DNA from: Eledone cirrhosa
Taxonomy: Eukaryota
Direction: 5' to 3'
Length of the DNA stretch: 64,000 nucleotides
NCBI GenBank assembly: GCA_964016885.1
Contig: OZ024764.1
Span: forward strand, 5,518,001 to 5,582,000
Shown: positions 54,001 through 64,000 of the stretch, piece after piece
Layout of the letters: each line of letters begins with the position of its first letter
Position numbering within the stretch: the first letter of the stretch is position 1
Position numbers and translations under genes: made by a program
The notes under the pieces: model-generated
Told to the model about the DNA's origin: nothing
What the model saw: only the letters and a program-made list of their open reading frames with translations
Database searches by the model: none

Positions 54001-57000
54001 TTAGACCTGTTTCTCTCTAGATATACCTACTGCTATAGTCTTACATTTAGACCTGTTTCTCTCTAGATATACCTACTGCTGTAGTCTCACATTTAGACCT
54101 GTTTCTCTCTAGATGTACCTACTGCTATAGTCTCACATTTAGACCTGTTTCTCTCTAGATATACTTACTGATATAGTCTTACATTTAGAACTGTTTCTCT
54201 CTAGATATACCTACTGATATAGTCTTACATTTAGACCTGTTTCTCTCTAGATGTACCTACTGCTATAGTCTCACATTTAGACCTGTTTCTCTCTAGATAT
54301 ACCTACTGCTATAGTCTTACATTTAGACCTGTTTCTCTCTAGATATACCTACAACTATAGTCTCACATTTAGACCTATTTCAATCTAGATATACCTACTG
54401 ATATAGTCTTACATTTAGACCTGTTTCTCTCTAGATATACCTACTACAATGGTCTTACATTTAGACCTGTTTCTCTCTAGATATACCTACTGCAATGGTC
54501 TTACATTTAGACCTGTTTCTCTCTAGATATACCTACTGCTATAGTCTCACATTTAGACCTGTTTCTCTCTAGATGTACCTACTGCTATAGTCTCACCTTT
54601 AGACCCGTTTCTCTCTAGATGTACCTACTGCTATAGTCTCACATTTAGACCGGTTTCTCTCTAGATATACCTACTGCTGTAGTCTCACAGTTAGACCTGT
54701 TTCTCTCTAGATATACCTACTGCTATAGTCTTACATTTAGACCTGTTTCTCTCTAGATATACCTACAGCTATAGTCTCACATTTAGACCTATTTCTCTCT
54801 AGATATACCTATTGATATAGTCTTACATTTAGACCTGTTTCTCTCTAGATATACCTACTGTAATGGTCTTACATTTAGACCCGTTTCTCACAAGATATAC
54901 CTACTGCTATAGCCTCACATTTAGACCCGTTTCTCTCTAGATATACCTACTGATATAGTCTTACATTTAGACCTGTTTCTCTCTAGATATACCTACTGCA
55001 ATGGTCTTACATTTAGACCCGTTTCTCTCTAGATATTCCTACTGCTATAGTCTTACATTTAGACCTGTTTCTCTCTAGATATACCTACTGATATAGTCTT
55101 ACATTTAGACCTGTTTCTCTCTAGATATACCTACTGATATAGTCTTACATTTAGACCTCTTTCTCTCTAGATGTACCTACTGCTATAGTCTCACATTTAG
55201 ACCTGTTTCTCTCTAGATATACCTACTGCTATAGTCTTACATTTAGACCTGTTTCTCTCTAGATATACCTACAACTATAGTCTCACATTTAGACCTATTT
55301 CTCTCTAGATATACCTACTGATATAGTCTTACATTTAGACCTGTTTCTCTCTAGATATACCTACTGCAATGTTCTTACATTTAGACCTGTTTCTCTCTAG
55401 ATATACCTACTGCTATAGTCTCACATTTAGACCTGTTTCTCCCTAGATGTACCTACTGCTATAGTCTCACATTTAGACCTGTTTCTCTCTAGATGTACCT
55501 ACTGCTATAGTCTCACATTTAGACCGGTTTCTCTCTAGATATACCTACTGCTGTAGTCTCACAGTTAGACCTGTTTCTCTCTAGATATACCTACTGCTAT
55601 AGTCTTACATTTAGACCTGTCTCTCTCTAGATATACCTACTGCTATAGTCTCACATTTAGACCTCTTTCTTTCTAGATATACCTACTGTTATAGTCTTAC
55701 ATTTAGACCTGTTTCTCTCTAGATATACCTACTGCTGTAGTCTCACATTTAGACCTGTTTCTCTCTAGATGTATCTACTGCTATAGTCTTATATTTAGAC
55801 CTGTTTCTCTCTAGATATACCTACTGCTATAGTCTCACATTTAGACCTGTTTCTCTCTAGATATACCTACTGCTATAGTCTCACATTTAGACCTGTTTCT
55901 CTCTAGATGTACCTACCGCTATAGTCTCACATTTAGACCTGTTTCTCTCTAGATATACCTACTGCTATAGTCTTACATTTATACCTGTTTCTCTCTAGAT
56001 ATACCTACTGCTGTCGTCTCATATTTAGACCTGTTTCTCTCTAGATATACCTACTGCTATAGTCTTACATTTAGACCTGTTTCTCTCTAGATATACCTAC
56101 TGCTGTAGTCTCACATTTAGACCTGTTTCTCTCTAGATGTACCTACTGCTATAGTCTCACATTTAGACCTGTTTCTCTCTAGATATACCTACTGATATAG
56201 TCTTACATTTAGACCTGTTTCTCTCTAGATGTACCTACTGCTATAGTCTCACATTTAGACCTGTTTCTCTCTAGATATACCTACTGCTATAGTCTTACAT
56301 TTAGACCTGTTTCTCTCTAGATATACCTACTGCTATAGTCTTACATTTAGACCTGTTTCTCTCTCGATATACCTACAACTATAGTCTCACATTTAGACCT
56401 ATTTCAATCTAGATATACTTACTGATATAGTCTTACATTTAGACCTGTTTCTCTCTAGATATACCTACTGCAATGGTCTTACATTTAGACCTGTTTCTCT
56501 CTAGATATACCTACTGCTATAGTCTCACATTTAGACCTGTTTCTCTCTAGATGTACCTACTGCTATAGTCTCACATTTAGACCTGTTTCTCTCTAGATAT
56601 ACCTACTGCTATAGTCTTACATTTAGACCTGTTTCTCTCTAGATATACCTACTGCTGTAGTCTCACATTTAGACCTGTTTCTCTCTAGATATACCTATTG
56701 ATATAGTCTTACATTTAGACCTGTATCTCTCTAGATATACCTACTGCTATAGTCTCACATTTAGACCTCTTTCTCTCTAGATATACCTACTGCTATAGTC
56801 TCACATTTAGACCTGGTTCTCTTTAGATGTACCTACTGATATAGTCTCACATTTAGACCTGTTTCTCTCTAGATGTACCTACTGCTATAGTCTTACATTT
56901 AGACCTGTTTCTCTCTAGATGTACCTACTGCTATAGTCTTACATTTAGACCTGTTTCTCTCTAGATGTACCTACTGCTATAGTCTTACATTTAGACCTGT

Positions 57001-60000
57001 TTCTCTCTAGATGTACCTACTGATATAGTCTCACATGTAGACCTGTTTCTCTCTAGATGTACCTACTGCTATAGTCTTACATTTAGACCTGTTTCTCTCT
57101 AGATATACCTACTGCTGTAGTCTCACATTTAGACCTGTTTCTCTCTAGATATACCTACTGCTATAGTCTTACATTTAGACCTGTTTCTCTCTAGATATAC
57201 CTACAACTATAGTCTCACATTTAGACCTATTTCAATCTAGATATACCTACTGATATAGTCTTACATTTAGACCTGTTTCTCTCGAGATATACCTACTGCT
57301 ATAGTCTCACATTTAGACCTGTTTCTCTCTAGATATACCTACTGCTATAGTCTCACATTTAGACCTGTTTCTCTCTAGATGTACCTACCGCTATAGTCTC
57401 ACATTTAGACCTGTTTCTCTCTAGATATACCTACTGCTATAGTCTTACATTTATACCTGTTTCTCTCTAGATATACCTACTGCTGTCGTCTCATATTTAG
57501 ACCTGTTTCTCTCTAGATATACCTACTGCTATAGTCTTACATTTAGACCTGTTTCTCTCTAGATATACCTACTGCTGTAGTCTCACATTTAGACCTGTTT
57601 CTCTCTAGATGTACCTACTGCTATAGTCTCACATTTAGACCTGTTTCTCTCTAGATATACCTACTGATATAGTCTTACATTTAGACCTGTTTCTCTCTAG
57701 ATGTACCTACTGCTATAGTCTCACATTTAGACCTGTTTCTCTCTAGATATACCTACTGCTATAGTCTTACATTTAGACCTGTTTCTCTCTAGATATACCT
57801 ACTGCTATAGTCTTACATTTAGACCTGTTTCTCTCTCGATATACCTACAACTATAGTCTCACATTTAGACCTATTTCAATCTAGATATACTTACTGATAT
57901 AGTCTTACATTTAGACCTGTTTCTCTCTAGATATACCTACTGCAATGGTCTTACATTTAGACCTGTTTCTCTCTAGATATACCTACTGCTATAGTCTCAC
58001 ATTTAGACCTGTTTCTCTCTAGATGTACCTACTGCTATAGTCTCACATTTAGACCTGTTTCTCTCTAGATATACCTACTGCTATAGTCTTACATTTAGAC
58101 CTGTTTCTCTCTAGATATACCTACTGCTGTAGTCTCACATTTAGACCTGTTTCTCTCTAGATATACCTATTGATATAGTCTTACATTTAGACCTGTATCT
58201 CTCTAGATATACCTACTGCTATAGTCTCACATTTAGACCTCTTTCTCTCTAGATATACCTACTGCTATAGTCTCACATTTAGACCTGGTTCTCTTTAGAT
58301 GTACCTACTGATATAGTCTCACATTTAGACCTGTTTCTCTCTAGATGTACCTACTGCTATAGTCTTACATTTAGACCTGTTTCTCTCTAGATGTACCTAC
58401 TGCTATAGTCTTACATTTAGACCTGTTTCTCTCTAGATGTACCTACTGCTATAGTCTTACATTTAGACCTGTTTCTCTCTAGATGTACCTACTGATATAG
58501 TCTCACATGTAGACCTGTTTCTCTCTAGATGTACCTACTGCTATAGTCTTACATTTAGACCTGTTTCTCTCTAGATATACCTACTGCTGTAGTCTCACAT
58601 TTAGACCTGTTTCTCTCTAGATATACCTACTGCTATAGTCTTACATTTAGACCTGTTTCTCTCTAGATATACCTACAACTATAGTCTCACATTTAGACCT
58701 ATTTCAATCTAGATATACCTACTGATATAGTCTTACATTTAGACCTGTTTCTCTCGAGATATACCTACTGCTATAGTCTCACATTTAGACCTATTTCTCT
58801 CTAGATATACCTACTGATATAGTCTTACATTTAGACCTGTTTCTCTCTAGATATACCTACTGCAATGGTCTTACATTTAGACCTGTTTCTCTCTAGATAT
58901 ACCTACTGCTATAGTCTCACATTTAGACCTGTTTCTCTCTAGATGTACCTACTGCTATAGTCTCACATTTAGACCGGTTTCTCTCTAGATATACCTACTG
59001 CTGTAGTCTCACGGTTAGACCTGTTTCTCTCTAGATATACCTACTGCTATAGTCTTACATTTAGACCTGTTTCTCTCTAGATATACCTACAGCTATAGTC
59101 TCACATTTAGACCTATTTCTCTCTAGATATACCTATTGATATAGTCTTACATTTAGACCTGTTTCTCTCTAGATATACCTACTGTAATGGTCTTACATTT
59201 AGACCTGTTTCTCACTAGATATACCTACTGCTATAGTCTCACATTTAGACCTCTTTCTCTCTAGATATACCTACTACTGTAGTCTCACATTTAGACCTGT
59301 TTCTCTCTAGATATACCTACTGCTATAGTCTCACATTTAGACCCGTTTCTCTCTAGATATACCTACTGCTATAGTCTTACATTTAGACCTGCTTCTCTCT
59401 AGATATACCTACTGCTATAGTCTCACATTTAGACCTGTCTCTCTCTAGATATACCTACTACTATAGTCTCACATTTAGACCTCTTTCTCTCTAGATATAC
59501 CTACTGTTATAGTCTTACATTTAGACCTGTTTCTCACTAGATATACCTACTGCTATAGTCTCACATTTAGACCTCTTTCTCTCTAGATATACCTACTGCT
59601 GTAGTCTCACATTTAGACCTGTTTCTCTCTAGATATACCTACTGCTATAGTCTCACATTTAGACCCGTTTCTCTCTAGATATACCTATTGATATAGTCTT
59701 ACATTTAGTCCTGTATCTCTCTAGATATACCTACTGCTATAGTCTTACATTTAGTCCTGTATCTCTCTAGATATACCTACCGCTATAGTCTCACATTTAG
59801 ACCTGTTTCTCTCTAGATATACCTACTGCTATAGTCTTACATTTAGACCTGTTTCTCTCTAGATATACCTACTACTGTAGTCTCACATTTAGACCTGTTT
59901 CTCTCTAGATGTACCTACTGCTATAGTCTCACATTTAGACCTGTTTCTCTGTAGATATACCTACTGATATAGTCTTACATTTAGACCTGTTTCTCTCTAG

Positions 60001-63000
60001 ATATACCTACTGCTATAGTCTCACATTTAGACCTATTTCTCTCTAGATATACCTACTGATATAGTCTTACATTTAGACCTGTTTCTCTCTAGATATACCT
60101 ACTGCAATTGTCTTACATTTAGACCTGTTTCTCTCTAGATATACCTACTGCTATAGTCTCAGATTTAGACCTGTTTCTCTCTAGATGTACCTACTGCTAT
60201 AGTCTCACATTTAGACCTGTTTCTCTCTAGATGTACCTACTGCTATAGTCTCACATTTAGACCGGTTTCTCTCTAGATATACCTACTGCTGTAGTCTCAC
60301 AGTTAGACCTGTTTCTCTCTAGATATACCTACTGCTATAGTCTTACATTTAGACCTGTTTCTCTCTAGATATACCTACTGCTGTAGTCTCACATTTAGAC
60401 CTGTTTCTCTCTAGATGTACCTACTGTTATAGTCTTACATTTAGACCTGTTTCTCTCTAGATATACCTACTGCTATAGTCTCACTTTAGACCTGTTTCTC
60501 TCTAGATATACCTACTGCTATAGTCTCACATTTAGACCTGTTTCTCTCTAGATGTACCTACCGCTATAGTCTCACATTTAGACCTGTTTCTCTCTAGATA
60601 TACCTACTGCTATAGTCTTACATTTAGACCTGTTTCTCTCTAGATATACCTACTGCTGTAGTCTCACATTTAGACCTGTTTCTCTCTAGATATACCTACT
60701 GCTGTAGTCTCACATTTAGACCTGTTTCTCTCTAGATGTACCTACTGCTATAGTCTCACATTTAGACCTGTTTCTCTCTAGATATACTTACTGATATAGT
60801 CTTACATTTAGACCTGTTTCTCTCTAGATATACCTACTGCAATTGTCTTACATTTAGACCTGTTTCTCTCTAGATGTACCTACTGCTATAGTCTCACATT
60901 TAGACCTGTTTCTCTGTAGATATACCTACTGATATAGTCTTACATTTAGACCTGTTTCTCTCTAGATATACCTACTGCTATAGTCTCACATTTAGACCTA
61001 TTTCTCTCTAGATATACCTACTGATATAGTCTTACATTTAGACCTGTTTCTCTCTAGATATACCTACTGCAATTGTCTTACATTTAGAACTGTTTCTCTC
61101 TAGATATACCTACTGATATAGTCTTACATTTAGACCCGTTTCTCTCTAGATGTACCTACTGCTATAGTCTCACATTTAGACCTGTTTCTCTCTAGATATA
61201 CCTACTGTTATAGTCTTACATTTAGACCTGTTTCTCACTAGATATACCTACTGCTATAGTCTCACATTTAGACCTCTTTCTCTCTAGATATACCTACTGC
61301 TGTAGTCTCACATTTAGACCTGTTTCTCTCTAGATATACCTACTGCTATAGTCTCACATTTAGACCCGTTTCTCTCTAGATATACCTATTGATATAGTCT
61401 TACATTTAGTCCTGTATCTCTCTAGATATACCTACTGCTATAGTCTTACATTTAGTCCTGTATCTCTCTAGATATACCTACCGCTATAGTCTCACATTTA
61501 GACCTGTTTCTCTCTAGATATACCTACTGCTGTAGTCTCACATTTAGACCTGTTTCTCTCTAGATATACCTACTGCTGTAGTCTCACATTTAGACCTGTT
61601 TCTCTCTAGATATACCTACTGCTGTAGTCTCACATTTAGACCTGTTTCTCTCTAGATATACCTACTGCTATAGTCTTACATCTAGACCTGTTTCTCTCTA
61701 GATATACCTACTGCTGTAGTCTCACATTTAGACCTGTTTCTCTCTAGATGTACCTACTGCTATAGTCTCACATTTAGACCTGTTTCTCTCTAGATATACC
61801 TACTGATATAGTCTTACATTTAGACCTGTTTCTCTCTAGATATACCTACTGATATAGTCTTACATTTAGACCTGTTTCTCTCTAGATGTACCTACTGCTA
61901 TAGTCTCACATTTAGACCTGTTTCTCTCTAGATATACCTACTGCTATAGTCTTACATTTAGACCTGTTTCTCTCTAGATATACCTACAACTATAGTCTCA
62001 CATTTAGACCTATTTCAATCTAGATATACCTACTGATATAGTCTGACATTTAGACCTGTTTCTCTCTAGATATACCTACTGCAATGGTCTCACATTTAGA
62101 CCTATTTCTCTCTAGATATACCTACTGATATAGTCTTACATTTAGACCTGTTTCTCTCTAGATATACCTACTGCAATGTTCTTACATTTAGACCTGTTTC
62201 TCTCTAGATATACCTACAACTATAGTCTCACATTTAGACCTATTTCAATCTAGATATACCTACTGATATAGTCTGACATTTAGACCTGTTTCTCTCTAGA
62301 TATACCTACTGCAATGGTCTTACATTTAGACCTGTTTCTCTCTAGATATACCTACTGCTATAGTCTCACATTTAGACCTATTTCTCTCTAGATATACCTA
62401 CTGATATAGTCTTACATTTAGACCTGTTTCTCTCTAGATATACCTACTGCAATGTTCTTACATTTAGACCTGTTTCTCTCTAGATATACCTACTGCTATA
62501 GTCTCACATTTAGACCTGTTTCTCTCTAGATGTACCTACTGCTATAGTCTCACATTTAGACCTGTTTCTCTCTAGATGTACCTACGGCTATAGTCTCACA
62601 TTTAGACCGGTTTCTCTCTAGATATACCTACTGCTGTAGTCTCACAGTTAGACCTGTTTCTCTCTAGATATACCTACTGCTATAGTCTTACATTTAGACC
62701 TGTCTCTCTCTAGATATACCTACTGCTATAGTCTCACATTTAGACCTCTTTCTTTCTAGATATACCTACTGTTATAGTCTTACATTTAGACCTGTTTCTC
62801 TCTAGATATACCTACTGCTGTAGTCTCACATTTAGACCTGTTTCTCTCTAGATGTATCTACTGCTATAGTCTTATATTTAGACCTGTTTCTCTCTAGATA
62901 TACCTACTGCTATAGTCTCACATTTAGACCTGTTTCTCTCTAGATATACCTACTGTTATAGTCTCACATTTAGACCTGTTTCTCTCTAGATGTACCTACC

Positions 63001-64000
63001 GCTATAGTCTCACATTTAGACCTGTTTCTCTCTAGATATACCTACTGCTATAGTCTTACATTTATACCTGTTTCTCTCTAGATATACCTACTGCTGTCGT
63101 CTCATATTTAGACCTGTTTCTCTCTAGATATACCTACTGCTATAGTCTTACATTTAGACCTGTTTCTCTCTAGATATACCTACTGCTGTAGTCTCACATT
63201 TAGACCTGTTTCTCTCTAGATGTACCTACTGCTATAGTCTCACATTTAGACCTGTTTCTCTCTAGATATACCTACTGATATAGTCTTACATTTAGACCTG
63301 TTTCTCTCTAGATGTACCTACTGCTATAGTCTCACATTTAGACCTGTTTCTCTCTAGATATACCTACTGCTATAGTCTTACATTTAGACCTGTTTCTCTC
63401 TAGATATACCTACTGCTATAGTCTTACATTTAGACCTGTTTCTCTCTCGATATACCTACAACTATAGTCTCACATTTAGACCTATTTCAATCTAGATATA
63501 CTTACTGATATAGTCTTACATTTAGACCTGTTTCTCTCTAGATATACCTACTGCAATGGTCTTACATTTAGACCTGTTTCTCTCTAGATATACCTACTGC
63601 TATAGTCTCACATTTAGACCTGTTTCTCTCTAGATGTACCTACTGCTATAGTCTTACATTTAGACCTGTTTCTCTCTAGATATACCTACTGCTGTAGTCT
63701 CACATTTAGACCTGTTTCTCTCTAGATATACCTACTGCTATAGTCTTACATTTAGACCTGTTTCTCTCTAGATATACCTACTGCTGTAGTCTCACATTTA
63801 GACCTGTTTCTCTCTAGATATACCTATTGATATAGTCTTACATTTAGACCTGTATCTCTCTAGATATACCTACTGCTATAGTCTCACATTTAGACCTCTT
63901 TCTCTCTAGATATACCTACTGCTATAGTCTCACATTTAGACCTGGTTCTCTTTAGATGTACCTACTGATATAGTCTCACATTTAGACCTGTTTCTCTCTA
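21077..64000. repeat. 46-bp tandem satellite array, right arm (about 933 monomers; continues beyond window end)
   Basis: Same monomer and orientation as the left arm. No other insertion or inversion seen. Confidence 0.99.

Overview
Eukaryotic (probably animal) heterochromatin or centromere-like DNA. About 58 kb is a single-orientation tandem array of a 46-bp satellite (consensus TAGATATACCTACTGCTATAGTCTCACATTTAGACCTGTTTCTCTC) with kilobase-scale internal duplications and region-specific variants. One intact, apparently very young 6,054-bp Ty3/Gypsy LTR retrotransposon of the CsRn1/Kabuki/Boudicca type interrupts it at 15023-21076. The element has two 400-bp LTRs that look identical, a GACC target-site duplication, a tRNA-Trp primer-binding site, a CHCC-type Gag, a -1 frameshift signal and a complete PR-RT-RH-IN Pol. 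The most interesting observation is the integrase tail ([13 protein letters not shown]), whose spacing matches the CENP-C/KNL2 CENP-A-nucleosome-binding motif. This suggests, as an untested hypothesis, centromere or nucleosome targeting by mimicry. The LTRs also end non-canonically (TG...AA). All comparisons were made by eye, without alignment or database searches.
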